Assembly (NCBI GenBank): GCA_004764695.1
Contig: SMSO01000034.1
Span: 434,001 to 498,000, forward strand
DNA length: 64,000 bases
Origin: Schizochytrium sp. TIO01
Taxonomy: Eukaryota; Protista; Bigyra: Labyrinthulomycetes
Reading direction: 5' to 3'
Shown piece by piece: positions 42,039 through 55,921 of this stretch. Positions within the stretch are counted from its first letter, which is position 1. Every line of letters begins with the position of its first letter. Position numbers and translations under genes: made by a program. The notes beneath the pieces are model-generated. The model had not been told where the DNA came from, made no database searches, and saw nothing but the letters and a program-made list of their open reading frames with translations.

Positions 42039-43823
42039 TTAGTTAGCCTCGAGCGAGGATGCACGAGCCCATTCAGGGAACTCGTTGAGGTCACCAAAGA
42101 CCTGACCGGTAAGGAAGACAAAAGGAATGGTAAGCACAATGCCAACAATCTTGACAAAGACACCAGCCTTGGCCATATCCGCGAAAGTAATTTTGCCAGT
42201 TGCGAAAGCAATGGCCGAAGGGGGGGTGGCAGTCGGAAGCACATATGCGAGGGAGGCAGCAACAGTTGCCGGGAGGCCGAGAAGAAGCGGATTGATTTCT
42301 TGTTGCACAGCAAGCTCAAGAAGAATCGGCCCAAAGAGAGTGATAGCAGCAGTGTTACTAATGAGTTCAGTGATAATACTGACAATGATGGTAACGATGG
42401 TAACAAGCACAACTGGAGAGAGATCGGCCATGCTGACAATGAGGGAAGAGATCTCCGAGGACAGTCCACTTGTAGAGACAGCGCTGGCAATAGCGAAACC
42501 AGCACCCATGAGAAGAATGACACCCCAAGGAAGACGCTTGAATGCACCTTCGTTGAGAAGCATCTGGCCGGGCTTAGAGGAGGACGGGAGGAAGAAGAGA
42601 GCGATGCCACCAAAAACAGCAATAGTGCCGTCATCAACAAAACCTTGCCAAGTGTATCCGTCGACAGCCTCGCATGCAGCCTCGGTGGTGAGCGAGGTGT
42701 CACTCGGGCAGCGGCCAAGAAACGGGTCAATGGCGTAGGGGCGAATGACCCAGAGCATTACCATGATAACGAGGACGATGCCAATAACAACCTCATCACG
42801 GGTCATGACACCAAGAGAGCGGCGTTCGCGAGCAAGACCCTCCGGGTTAAGGTCAATATTAACACCACGAAGAAAGATGAGGCAAATGACACCCCAGGAA
42901 ACAAAGAGCATGATAAAGGCTAGCGGCATTGCAAAGGCCATCCACTTTTGAAAGGTCAATGCAGGAGCAGCCGGGAATGTGCCACTGTAGAGTAGAGAAA
43001 AGACGAGGTTAGGGATGGTACCGATGAGGGTGGCAGTTCCACCAGTGGTGGCAGCAAAGGCAATGCCGAGGAGCGAAGCTTTTTCGAAGCGCTGGCCATC
43101 ATAGTTCTCCGTGCGACCCTCAAGGAAGCCCTTGATAACAGGAAGCATGAGAATGGTGGTTGAGGTGTTGCTGGCAAACATCGAGATAAAGCCAGTGATG
43201 ACCATGAAGCCAAGAAGCACTACGCGGGGCTTTGTGCCGCAGAACTTGAGTGCCCAGAGAGCGAAGCGCTTGTGGGCCATGGCATCTTCAACGGCAATGA
43301 CAACCAGGAAGGCACCGAGGAAGAGGAACGATACGTGGTTGTAGTAGACGGCAGCGAGGGTGCGCCCGCGAGCGACACCTGCAAGCGGGTAAAGGAGCAG
43401 GGGCATGAGTGAAGTCACAGGAACAGGTACAACTTCGAAGATCCAGTAGCAAACAATGAAGAGAGTGACACCCAGGGCTTCGTTGGCGTCCGGGTTCTCA
43501 TCGGAAATTTCAATGAAGGCCATGATGATCGCGAGCAAGGGGCCAAGCACGAGGCCAATTTTCTGTGACATCGTGAACTGCTTCCACCAGCCATGGGTGA
43601 AGGTTTCCCAGCAAGGCGCATCAGGCGGGCGCACCGGTCCCTCCGGCTTTTCAATGTCCGAGTTTCCAAAGACATCCTCGTCAACGCTGCCGTGGTGGCC
43701 GCTGCTCTCACGCTGCGAGGGCGAGTCTTGAAACGTGAAAGATTCCGGGATCTCGCTCGACGAAGTGGGCATCACGTGGACATCCGTGTGGCCCGTTTCC
43801 TTGGCCTGATCATGCTGCAGCAT
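42039..43823 (-). CDS. SLC13/DASS Na+/dicarboxylate or sulfate cotransporter, copy 1
   Basis: SNT motifs FISMFASNTSTT and TELISNTA; GGTATLIGTIPN; LPTATPPSAIAF; many TM segments. First ATG (MLQHDQ) is at 43823. Confidence 0.95.
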   Translation of the reverse strand: MLQHDQAKETGHTDVHVMPTSSSEIPESFTFQDSPSQRESSGHHGSVDEDVFGNSDIEKPEGPVRPPDAPCWETFTHGWWKQFTMSQKIGLVLGPLLAIIMAFIEISDENPDANEALGVTLFIVCYWIFEVVPVPVTSLMPLLLYPLAGVARGRTLAAVYYNHVSFLFLGAFLVVIAVEDAMAHKRFALWALKFCGTKPRVVLLGFMVITGFISMFASNTSTTILMLPVIKGFLEGRTENYDGQRFEKASLLGIAFAATTGGTATLIGTIPNLVFSLLYSGTFPAAPALTFQKWMAFAMPLAFIMLFVSWGVICLIFLRGVNIDLNPEGLARERRSLGVMTRDEVVIGIVLVIMVMLWVIRPYAIDPFLGRCPSDTSLTTEAACEAVDGYTWQGFVDDGTIAVFGGIALFFLPSSSKPGQMLLNEGAFKRLPWGVILLMGAGFAIASAVSTSGLSSEISSLIVSMADLSPVVLVTIVTIIVSIITELISNTAAITLFGPILLELAVQQEINPLLLGLPATVAASLAYVLPTATPPSAIAFATGKITFADMAKAGVFVKIVGIVLTIPFVFLTGQVFGDLNEFPEWARASSLEAN

Positions 43824-45335
43824 CTTGGTCAAATTGTCGCACGAGTTCTGCTTCGGCCTCCAACCAGCGGGCAAGGCTCAGGCAGGCTGTCTACCAAACC
43901 AAGGGCCCCAAACGCGGGCTCTTCTCTCGCAGTCTTAAGCAGATGCTTTCGCTTCTGCCTCGAGTCCGCTGCTGCTCTTGTCGTTGTCTGGGCTTGCTGA
44001 AGGATCAGTTTCGGGTTTGCTTTCGCTCGTCCAATGCTGCTGCCTTCGCTGCTCTTCCAGAGGCCTTTAGAGGTGCTGTGCCAGAGAGGACCGCTTCTTT
44101 GTAAGGCGCACTTTCCTCTTTCACACTACCTAAAACAAAACAAACAAAACCAGCTAAAAAACACCATCAAAACATATCGCAGAAACACTGCGAAAGCACT
44201 GCAAAAACACTGTGCAAAAGCACGAGGCCAACACATGCCGTTTGGCAGTGCCTCCTCTCACAAGAATTCCATTTCCCTTTGCCCTCTCCTCTCTTATACC
44301 CTCTGCAATTCCACGCCCTTTCTCTTTCTCTTTCTCGTCCTCGTTCCATCGCAAAGGTCGATCGATTCATGATTTCTTTCGCCCTCTCTCTTTCTCTCCC
44401 AATAAACTTCTCTCCTACCCCTCTGGGCGCTAAGGGAGTGCTAACTATGATAGTGCAACAAACCCTGCCTTTGGTCAGAGTGCCCCCTCCCACACTGGAC
44501 GGAGTCGGTACTTACTCATGTGCTTTGTTTGCAGAAAGGGCTTCAAACTTTCTTGCCTGCTCTGGTGAACTCTGAGGTAGCTCTGGACGAATAATTGTTG
44601 AGAAGGAGTCTTCATTAGCTGGTTGGCTGGCTTCAAGTGGCTTGCCACAGAGCTTCTTTCGCCTGCAGGTATGGGCCTTACTTAGGAAGCAGCAGCAGAA
44701 GTCAGGGTCTTCTCACCATCAGTTTTTTTCAAGCCGATTGTCACTTATTTTTTCTATTTTTATTGTTTTAACTATTTTTATGGTTTCAAGCGCAAGGAAA
44801 GAATAAATTGGATATCTCTTGTATGAAGTTGGCCTTTTCGCCTTTCTTTCAGTACGTTCGCTGTTTTGTACCAACCAGCGAACGTGTTTTCATTTCCAAG
44901 CTGCGATTTGCCTCTATCTGGCGCACGCGAAAGTGCTCTGTCGCAGATTCGCTTCGCTTGCACCATCATCCTTTACTTAATTCCTGAAATCAAAGCAAGC
45001 CTCGAATGAGATCGAAGCTCCTCGTGCATGTCTCGCTCAATGGCCATCACTTCGAGATCGCACTGCTTCTCCAGAGAAAGAATTGTTTTATCCATCCTCT
45101 TTTACACGCTCGTGCTTTCTTGCTTCAGTTTCTAGAGTTGGTTTCTGTTGTTCTTCGAACGGTTGCCCGTTTCAAAAGCGCTCCGCCTAAGCTCCGAGCT
45201 GGCTGCCTGTCCACCCCACCGTCGGTGCACGCACGCAGCCAGTGGGAGTAGAGGCCCTATTCTCCTTCTCGCGCACGTCTTCAACGCCGCGGCAAAGGCA
45301 TCAAACCTATCTCAAGCTCGGCCTCGATTCATAAC

Positions 45336-45370
45336 TCTCAATCTCAATCTCAATCTCAATTGCAATCTCA
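45336..45370. repeat. (ATCTCA)n hexamer repeat
   Basis: tctcaatctcaatctcaatctcaattgcaatctca. Confidence 0.85.
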
Positions 45371-47147
45371 ACTTTATTTTCAAAGATCATTCATCCAATT
45401 CGGAGCGATCCAATTTACACCCCATCCGCACTTTTCCATTTTCTTTTCAACCTTATCCTTTTTTTTTTTTTCTTCTTTTTCTTCTTTTCAATTTTGTTCA
45501 ATTTTGCCCCATTTTGCAGTTTATTTTCATTGGTATTTTTTCATTTTCAATTGAAAAGAAACCCGGCCCTCTTGAGCCCTGGCCTCGCGCCGGCTCTGGC
45601 CTTGGCGCCGCTGCCGCTGCGTCAGGAGCTTGCAACGCAGGGCCTCATGCTTCTTTCGTGGCTTGTTCAATTAAGGAACAGGTTTCCACAATGTGCTGGA
45701 AACCTCCATATCTTCGAAAAGGTTGTGTTCGTAAACATTATTAGTGAGCCGCCGGAAAGAGAATACATAACGCTTCCGCTTCTTCCTCCTCCCTCATAGT
45801 AGTAACCTCTAGCCAGGCGCTAAGTAATCTATCTATGGTGGTCTCTATTTCTGTGTCCCATGTCAATGAAAGGCAGGACTATCGCAGAGCCCAGCTTCGG
45901 AAGGCCATCCGAGGGTGCCAAAGCTGGTCTTGGAGAAGCCGAGGCTGCTCGGATATATCTGCAAACAGCCAGCCTAAGCTTTGCCATTGGGCCTCCTGGA
46001 GACCGACGCGACGGCTTCACGGCTGCCGTTGAATGCTGCTTTGAATTGATTGCTCTATTCCTCTCGCGCGTGCCTGCGCTTTCTAATTTGCAATGTTAAT
46101 TTAACTACAAGTTGATCTTTTAGCCAGAGCACGTGCTACACCGCTGCTTCTTCTGGCGTTGTGTCGATGGTCTTTATTCATAACTTGCTCAAACAAATTA
46201 GATATTACGATTGACGAAATGTTGAGTCTTGTCTTCATAGCTCTATTTTAATTTGCGTCTAAAGGGAGAGTTGAGTGGCATTGAAGACATCCTATATTTC
46301 GTCTGAGGTAGCAGCATAATACTCGATGATAAATCTCCCTTTCTCCGGCGCGCGCAAACTTGCTGGCGAATGCCCATGTTCTTGGACAAGCTCAGCAAGC
46401 TACCAAAAGTGTTGCCCGCACTTCCTCCACTGGCTGACTGTGGGTTATTTAGAGGACGGTCCAGTGGAACTTGGTACTTTGAACTCTCCTCCGACACAGG
46501 CTCTCCTTCCCTCTATGCCCTCAATCTATACTTTGCTTCTTTTATACCTTTTCTTCGCTGCGGGAGCGAGACTCTGCCACGTGACATACGCGTGTCTCCC
46601 ATCTGGTATGGACATCTAATGGAAACAATAGGGTTCATGTTCAAAAGAAAACAGTATATTTCTGGGGGAAAGTATTTTTATTTTTCTTCTTCTTCTTCTG
46701 AGTAATTGAATGAACGAGACTGATGAAAAAGTATTTATGCTACGGCGGCAGTTTAAGGAGATACTACTCATGGCTTTCGTGTGCTTTCTATTTGTCCGTC
46801 TGTGAAAGATGTTTATGTCTTCGGAGCATTGCGGATCGTCAAGATACCCTGTGCCCACTTTTTTCGGTCCGGTTTGGATATGGTTTGTGGCTTTGATTTG
46901 GATGCGCTTGTTTTGCTAAATTGATCAGTTTGGTAGTTGCCAGTAGCGAGATGTGTCTAGGTCGACCCATAAAGGTTGGACTCTGCGAAGTGACATTCTG
47001 AGTTGAGATCGCCGCTGCTTCACACGCTTTTCCACACACGGACCTAAGCATTGGATAGTTGACACCCCCGCGTCTACCGTAGGCATGCATGTCTTATTTT
47101 AAAATGTGATATAATATTAAATTTCCTTTTGAATTTTTTTTTAAATA

Positions 47148-47171
47148 TTATATATATATATATATATATAT
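47148..47171. repeat. (TA)n microsatellite
   Basis: tatatatatatatatatatatat. Confidence 0.95.
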
Positions 47172-50100
47172 CGCGTCAGAACTATCTAAAGAAGGGTTCG
47201 GGCTTCATTAATTAGGAGCGTACGCGCTAAACTGTCGAAACGCATGTTGAGGGAAATGCTCCTGTGCTTGCGTGGACAGCTATGTCTTAATTAAACGTTC
47301 ACAAGCTTTTGATTAAAAAATCAAATAAACTGTTTTCTCACTCTATTTTTTTTTTCAAATATATTTTTACTATTAGTGAATGTGAGATCGAAAAAAGGAA
47401 AAGAAAAGAAAAGTAATAATGAAAACTTAAAACTAGAAAAGCCACAAGAAATGTGAAACAAGTTGGTCTTTGGTATTTAATATCTCGGTTGTTTGGTTAT
47501 CCTTCGTGTCTCCAGGTGATAATGTCAGCTCCATACGACCTATATCTAAACACACGTAACAAGCTGCGGAGGCAGGAAGTTCATAAAGTCCCAAGACTCC
47601 GTGTCGACTGACAGAAATGTGGTCTCTTTTGGAATTGTATGACATTTTCTAATTGCTACACCTAGCAGACTCCTATTATTTGGAATAGAGATCTTTATTG
47701 CTACCATGAGCTCTTTTCCAATAGTCCCAGAAGGCTTCACACCAGCTCCTTGTGGGACTCTTATAATGCGTCAAATCCTACACAATCAACCAAACCATAG
47801 TAAGGGTGTTCTAGATAGTAGGTGAACTGACTGTTTCTTCTCAATTGGATCAAAAACAGCAATCAACATCTTAAAAAAGAAAAGAAAAATAGAATCAGAC
47901 AAAACTGACGATGGCTTGAATTGCAAGACGCCCTTCGGTGAGTATGAATGTATCAAATAGATAGCATGGGGTAGGCATGACACGGCATAAGATAAACCAT
48001 TCAAGACGCTGAAGAAATTAAGAACCCCTCTTTTTCACAGAATTCTTAAAAATATTGAGCAGGCAAATGTGCATAGCTTTCATCATTCATGATTCAAAAT
48101 TAAAGAAATGCATTTAACGAATTTCAGTTTACATCTTTATAAAAACCAGAGAAACGGTGGTTTTGCCCTGCTCAGAATTTACGATGCTTAAAAAAAACCG
48201 AGTTAGTCGGCTAGTAAGAGCTAAGATCAGTAGTAGGACATATAATTTACACTGACAGTGCGAGGTGCAATATCACTTGAATAAGTTTATATGAGACTAT
48301 TCTTAAAGGATGTGAAAACTCAGATATAACATTCCATTCTATGGTGCGCACGGCAAGGCCGTATAATACACCTTTTTCTTTAAACTAACCATGCTTTAGA
48401 TGTGACCAGGTCGCTTACCTGGGCCTTCAATAGATTTTAAAGAAAGCCCGGAAAGGTATAAATACTAGAAGCTCCTTATCAATTGCCAGCTTCGGAAGAA
48501 AAGTCGACTGCGTTCGCTGCCATGGCCTTCTAGTATTCAATCAAAATAGGCCACGGTGTGAATTGACGCCTTTAATAACCACTTTTACTTCTATCTACAA
48601 GCGCCAGAGAGTGAGTGAGTGAGTGAGGCGAAGATACTACTATCATGCGTGCTATGCAGATTCGCAAAGCAAGCAATTCACAGTTCTAAGTGCAGATGCA
48701 GCGACAGCCTTCACGTCTCAGGTCTTATCAGCACTCCTACAGCAAAGTTTACTATTGCGACCATTTCTTTTATTTACAAACTCGGAAAGCTTCGCTCTGT
48801 GACATTCTCATTCGATGCACTCATTCCTTCAAGCCTTCATATATTCTTTTTGTTTCTACTTTAAAGGTTTTAGGGCATCCACGAGTCATGAGTATTTGCG
48901 AACAGTCGGGTCCACTTTCAAAACAATGCTCCCATGCGTATAAACGTAATATGGATCAAGTGCTCGGCGGGCTTACGGCGGACTTTGCTCCCGCTCTGCT
49001 CCAGAGTTGAGCTTGGTATCGACGGCGAGAACTGAGGCGCTGCCCATTTCGCTTAGCCTGTATGATTCTCTTTAACATCTCCAGGGGCGCAGGCGATGCG
49101 CTGCATCGAGAGCTTCTTTCAATGCTGGTCTTTATGCTGTACTTAGTAGTATTCTTCGTCTTGTGGAATGTGCAGGTTCAATTGCTGTTCATTCTGATCT
49201 TCATTGGGATTCAGGCGAGTTGAGTTCGGAGCGCAGCCGATGATTATCATCCTTTCGATCGACGGCCGTTTATTTTCACCAGTGCTCAAGGCTTTGGAAT
49301 CGCCAGTGACGACTTTGCCAGTCGCCTTCTTGCGGAAGCGGCCTATCTTCGACTTAATTCATGCATTCACACACGTGTCTCAACGGTGGTGCTAGCTAAT
49401 TCGCCTGTCTTGGAAAGGAAGCACACGGCTCCTACTGATCAAGATGAAGCGCCTTCCGTTAGCTTGCTTTTGGCGATACGGCACGAAGACTCATGATGTC
49501 AACCTCTGAGACCTCGACCTGATTGTACCTAGTACCTGCCTAGCTTGAATTCCCAAGCTTCATCAATCCACTCCTCTTCGCCATGATTAATTGGGCCGTC
49601 CAATTTAAAGAGGAGAAAGGTCATTTAAAAGTCCATTTCAGTGAAAAAGTGTTTTGCTCATCTGAAAACGCATTGTTTTACCTGTCCCCGTTTTATTATT
49701 CTATTCTTTTTCATTCTCACTCTTATTCTTATCCTGAATTAGTTTTCCCCGTTTCTTTTTCTTCCTTATTTTTAGATCACCAAAAAACGGTTTTACACTT
49801 TTTAAATAAATAAATTAAGGTTTTCACCGCACCCCTTGACCGAAATTGAAATCATTTTTAAATTAATTAAAATCATTGTCCAAAACTTTAAAAATCAAAA
49901 AAACTTAATATAAGATTCCAATTAACTCTAAAAAGTAAATTTTAAATTTTAAAAAAGTTTATAAAAAAAAGTAGGAGAATATATTCTTTCAAACGCAGAC
50001 AAGCACGCAAAAAGTTTTCATCATATGTATATTATTTGGAAGGGACCATATTTTGCTTCAATCAATCTTGGTTTTCTCAAATCGATCCCCTTCTCCACGA

Positions 50101-51505
50101 AGAAGAAGCTGTTCAAGCGAGTCTTTGTCTTTGCTCGAGTCCACTCAAATCGCTTACAGCGTCGATTGGCGCTTCACTCGAGGCGGCTGCTGTTTCTAAA
50201 ACTGGCTCTGCGTCGAGATCGTGGCCTTCCGTACGAATGCCCACCTCACACTTTGCGAAGTCACGAAACTGCGCAGGTCTGAACGCTTTGACCTCGACCA
50301 CGATTGACTCTCGCTGCTTTCAAGTCGCCGCGATTTCAGAAATTGGTCTCGATATTAGCTTTTCGAAATGGGCTTAGAACCTGCCGCTTTTCACATCGCG
50401 GGGTTTCGTTCTTATGGGCTGAGTTATCGACAACTTTCGTTGTAAGATATCCTAGATTAATCGTGTCTTGACGTTTTTAAAGCAGTTCTTTGCTGCATTT
50501 GAGGGCGTATTGGCGATGCTTTAAAGCCGCCAAAGGAAGTTGATAGGCTCGACAAAGCCTTCATCGACAGAAACCTGAGTGGACTAGCCATTATCATATT
50601 TACTAGAGATCAACAGCGCAGACTTTTGCCAACGCGCAGAGCCTTCTTTAGAGAAGAGTTATGCGGATTTGGAAAGGCGGCAATTTAATTATGCTAAACA
50701 ATAGGAGTTTATAAGATACTCGACCCAACGGAGTCTTTAATTAAGTCTTTAATTAAGTTGCAAGATGTGATGGTGGCATACAGAGGAAACCACAGAAGAA
50801 GCCAAACCTTGTGGAGGAGTAGTAGGTGCTGGTTTATCAAAGCTTATAAAGCAGCTACTTTTCACTCGACCTGGCAGTTCTCCTCCAGGCCTCAGTAGTT
50901 TTCAGAGTGATTTCTCAAGAAGAAGACCACTACTACTATTGAAGAAAAAGGAACGTGCAGGAGGACATGAACTTTGATGGCTTCTGTTTATTTTTGACAA
51001 TAGTAAAAGCTCTTTTTTATTATTGGTTATCAATACAAAGACTAGGTTGGTAGATAGGTAGGTAGGCACCCAGTAGCTAGTTTTAAAGTTCAATCATTGT
51101 TTTCTCATGCTACGTTGAGCTGAGCACGATAATCAAGCTTCACTTCCTGACGCATACGCACTCCGTAGATGGCTATAGACACCAAATAAATTTATAATTT
51201 TCACTAATGTTATGTAGTGCACAGTCGCTTGCTATTTCTCCCTTTTTCACCATCCAGCTATTCAACTAATACGCAATATTTACCTCCAGTTGAACTTCAA
51301 GCGAAGGTTCACATTAAAAGCAAACGATTGTTCATGAGTATTCTATATACGGAGAATGTGCCTGCTTCGACAGAAATAAGCGTTTTTCTTTTGTTTTCCT
51401 TTTTCGTCTCCTAGTTCACACAATATTCATATAAGGATTACAATTCACTTTAGTTTTCACTCAAGCGAAAAGACGAATTGATTTAAGAGGTCCCTCTGGC
51501 TCCTA

Positions 51506-51542
51506 TTATGATACACCTGTTATGATACACCTGTTGTGATAC
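51506..51542. repeat. 14-bp tandem repeat TTATGATACACCTG, about 2.6 copies
   Basis: ttatgatacacctg ttatgatacacctg ttgtgatac. Confidence 0.9.
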
Positions 51543-54500
51543 TATGATGTGAAGCCATTAGAAGTTGGCTAGCAAGACAGCTACTTCGCAGCCTCCCTTT
51601 TCGACTACATGCGCATCTTCCCAGCTTGCAATTCTCACTCCCACACTGCGGGCAACTGCGCAAATGCTTTACCACATTCTGCTTCCGCAAACGACGAGCT
51701 CAAGCCGTGCAAGGAGACAATGATGTGATGTGAAGGCTGTCACTCACGATGATTCAGGGCCCATAGTCGAGGCCAGACATCGAGACATCACGTCAGCTAC
51801 AGTCGAAGCCTCGCACACAATCATGCCAGCGGCCGGTGAGCTTGTCTGTTTATGCAAAGCTTTTGATTTCTTTCTGTTTTTCTTTCGGCTAACCGAGTAT
51901 TTACCTGCTCCTATGTATTTTAAAAATCAAGTTAGAATTGGGATGAATGGAGAAACCTTGGGGGACAGGTGTTTAGGGTCTCACAAGAGTAACTTTAGTT
52001 ATATCAATTTAATAATTTAAAAATATCATTTATAATCAGAAATGTATATATTTAAAATTTAAAAAAAAAAGCTTTTAAAAATAGAGTTTTCTTTTTCATA
52101 AAAATACTTTCCAAGCCTCTGCTTGAATTGTTTTATTGTTTGTTCCCATTATTCGTTTATAGAATTGTTATTATAACAGAAAGCAAAGGTTGCAATTTAT
52201 ATATTTTATTTTATTTTCTGCTTTAAATAGTGATTTATCGTCCTAATCATTTTGTTTTTAATTGTCATAGTAAAAAGTAAAAAGCAAAAGATTAGGAAAA
52301 GGTTTCAGAGAAAGTTGTTTTTAAAAATTGAATCCGAGAGGTTGTTACAAAAAATTACAAAAAAAAATTAAAAATGAATAAACCAAGTCAGACATTCTGG
52401 CCTTTCTAATCTTCGGCAGGTTGCGCAAGCTTGACAAGACAAGATCCAGGTGAAGGCAAGAACCTGAACCGGGATACTGCTTATCCTTGCATGAGGAGGT
52501 GGTATCCTCACCCACTTTTGGAGCTGGAGAAACTGCGCGTGAGTGTTTCCCCTGTTTCTTGAACTTGCAAGCGCCTCGCTTCCCATCAATTTATTATAGA
52601 GATAATCACAATCTAAGAAAAAAAATAATCAATGGATTGAGTGGAACATGAGAAAATAAAAGTGCCGCTTCGCCAAAGCCTTCGAAAGCCTTTCTCCTTT
52701 CAAGGTATGCTGCTGTCATCTTAAGCCTGGCCTAACCCAGGTTTTGAAAACTCCAGCCTCAACGCCGTAGAACCGCACCAAAGATCCGCAGACACGCGAG
52801 GATGATGCCGTGATACCTGAGTATTCCCAGAGCTTTTGAAAGGAAATGTGCGATCATAATAAACTAACAGCGCCTACTAGTAGGTAACTAACTACATATG
52901 CGAGTAACACCTGATTGGGCGCTAAAATTTATCGCACTCTTTGACTAAAACGACCGGCGCAGATGCAGATAATCTGACCTACCAAAAACTTATGCGGGCA
53001 TCTTCAAGCTGTGCTGTCTTCGAGCAAGTTCAAGAGCTTGGCGACGCCGTGGCATGATTGTCATCCGCTGATTTGAACACGCCTTTGTCTGGCAAGATCT
53101 AGGACTGCAACTGCAAAAGTGAGGGGCTTGGTTGATCTCCGCCTCTGCAGCACATGTGATCAACTGGCTTGTCTTCAGTCGCTCAAGTTTCTTGAGCATC
53201 ATGATTTTAATCAAAAAGTCTTTCTTATTGTTACTTTGGCAAATTCTGAGATGAAAGTTATGACCTTGGCAACTTGGAGAGAGAAGTGCTTATATGTGTA
53301 AATCATTTCAAAGCCGCGCGCATGAAACGGTGCCGACGAGGAGGTACGTGGCAGCCTCGAAACTGCAGTTTTGGTAGTACGCCTCGACGGTTTGCAACTG
53401 CTCGAAATTTCTTCGGCAGGTGGACGGCTCTGTGTCTTCGTTGTTATCATCATCGTCGATCCATCGTTGCGATCGTGATCGTCACCCTCCCTCCCTCTTG
53501 GCGTCGATGATTCCACGTTGTTTTGCTCGGACCTTGTTTCCACTTCGACGTCGCTGCCGCAGATGCATTCTGCAACGACCGCAATCAACCTCTGTAATAT
53601 ACAAGAGCGGCCATTTTTTCATTCTCTATTCGACACCAGCTAATCTGCCGGCTAAGGGCAACCACTTATGCTCGTGATTTCGTCGAAGCCTCAAGCTTGT
53701 CTAGCGAGTTTTGTACAGTCGAATGCGCTTCACGCAAGCACTAAGACTTCTTCTGCACCCGAGACTGAGCGAGACAAGCTTACGCGCAAGCAAGGTCTTA
53801 CGCACCGCTTGCAACCGCAGAAGGTGAGCTCCGAGATGGAATTTACGAGCTTTTCACCTCGCCATCAGAATAACAGCTTCATATTTCGCGACGGCCAGGC
53901 TAATTTTGACTTATACAGCTCGTGCGGCTTTCAGAGGCTATTTTAATGTTAGGAATATCGGTATAATAGAGGGTAGAACAGGGGCGAAGGGAACTTCTTG
54001 ATCAATGGCTACTGTTAAACATAAGCTGTTCTGAAAAACGAACTGCTCCCTGCCAACCAAGTGCTGCACACTCTGCTGGTCTTCGAATAGTTTAGAACGC
54101 TTACTGTAATCGATAAGGAGAGTGCTTTCGGCATTTCGGCTCTAAAGGAAAACTAATGAAAATGGTAATTACTAATTTCGAAACATAAAATTAGTTAGTA
54201 CAAAGGTAAAGTTCGGTAAACCTGGAAAGGTTTAAAAAAGTTCATTGATCTTTTCAAAACTGGTGGGTAGTAGAAGCAACAAATTGAATTCAAAAGGAGT
54301 CGACAATTCTTTAGAAAATAATGATTTGGTCTTCTTATTAACAATAATAATCAAGTTTAATTATTGGCATCATTTGAATCTGTGCCACGTTTTAGGGCAT
54401 AGGCAAAGTGACGTCATATCATCAGTGCGTGTATATGGTTTCCCTTATTCTGCTACCAAGGCAAATGATAATTGTCCCAGTAAGATACAGTTTAGGCATT

Positions 54501-55921
54501 TTCCTACTACAATTTTAAGTCATACGACAACATCATGAAAATGAATTTAAAAAAAATTAAGAACAGAGCATTAAGTTTCTTCCCGATTCTTTAGTGTAGA
54601 TCATTGAGAAGCACAATTTAGTATTGTTCAATTTTTATTAAGTGTCGTGCAAACATCACGAAATAAAACGAGTGATTCATAATGTTCAACGGAGCCAGTG
54701 GATGAAAATTTATTTTACTGTTAATATGCATGTGATGTTACTAGGAATACAAATTTGGCCATGATAGAAGTTTCCAACTTTTACAATCCTACAAAAATAT
54801 TCACTGTCTTAAAATTTTATAAATACCATGTCAAGTCTTCTTTACACAAAAGCTAGACTTGCGTTCAATGGTCTCGGCTCTTCGATTCGGTGACTGGATG
54901 AAATACTCTCCTCTCGCGAAAGCTTCCCTCCTTTAAGATCAAATTCTTCTTGATCTAAAATAGTGAATATTCTTCTTCTTTCCATTTCTTAAAACACGCA
55001 ATTTGGAAAAGGATTAACATATATCCCGTGCTTTAATATAGTACATGAAACAAAGCGTGCTATGTATTTGATGATCAAAATTGGACTGGAGAATCTAAAG
55101 TGGGAATTTAGATAGGGCCAAAATCAAGACTTCTGCTGGCTTTTTAGCCTGCAACTAGCCTTTTTTGTAGAGTATGTGACTTACAAAATACTGGCCTTAA
55201 TTTGAAGCAAACATTGATAAAAACCACACACAACAACCGTGTGAACATCCACATCCCCTTTCGATACACAACATGGAATGTTTACCAATGCAGACGTTGA
55301 CTGTATAATGCTAGAATTATATTTGAAGATAATTGATTGTTTAACTTTGGAAGTTTTAGAAACATTCAAGCTAATAATGAAACAAAGCTGCCTCCAGAGT
55401 TTTGGCACTTCGGGGTGTTAAAGTAGTCCAAGTACGGGTTGTGCCAGGCTCACACTACTGCGTCCCCCATTCTTGAGGTCGCATTTCATACTTGAAACTC
55501 GTCAAACTGCCACAACAGTTTGATGAAATGAAATCAAATTTTGCACCGCTCTGAAATGCCGCGTGGCCACCAGCAAATTCTTACAACTGTTCTCTAGAGT
55601 AGCTGAATCAAGTGGCGGCCAAGTTGGTAAGAAAGAGGTAAACAATAAATTCTTTATTAGCAAAACATAATTGGATATGAGTCTCTACCATTCCCTGGGA
55701 CATTTGGTTAACCATGAAATTTTCGATTTAAGATTTCTGAACTTGAGAATACTTTCAAGTTATCAAGTTAGACATTTGGCAAAAAAACTAGGAATTCTTA
55801 TGGCGCAGCCATGTCAGGCATATGTCTTGGCTCGCTTGCTTACTATTTGCAATTAAGTCTTAGGGAAAATAAGGACTGGGTGGTAAAGCCAGGCAGATAT
55901 TGTAATTGCTTAAAGGTATAT

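Noticed and set aside
41946-42923. Long antisense or alternate-frame ORFs over SLC13 copy 1 (and similar ones over PP2A, kinesin, LACS and SLC13 copy 2)
   Set aside because: They are shadows of biased codon usage in real genes and carry no independent motifs.
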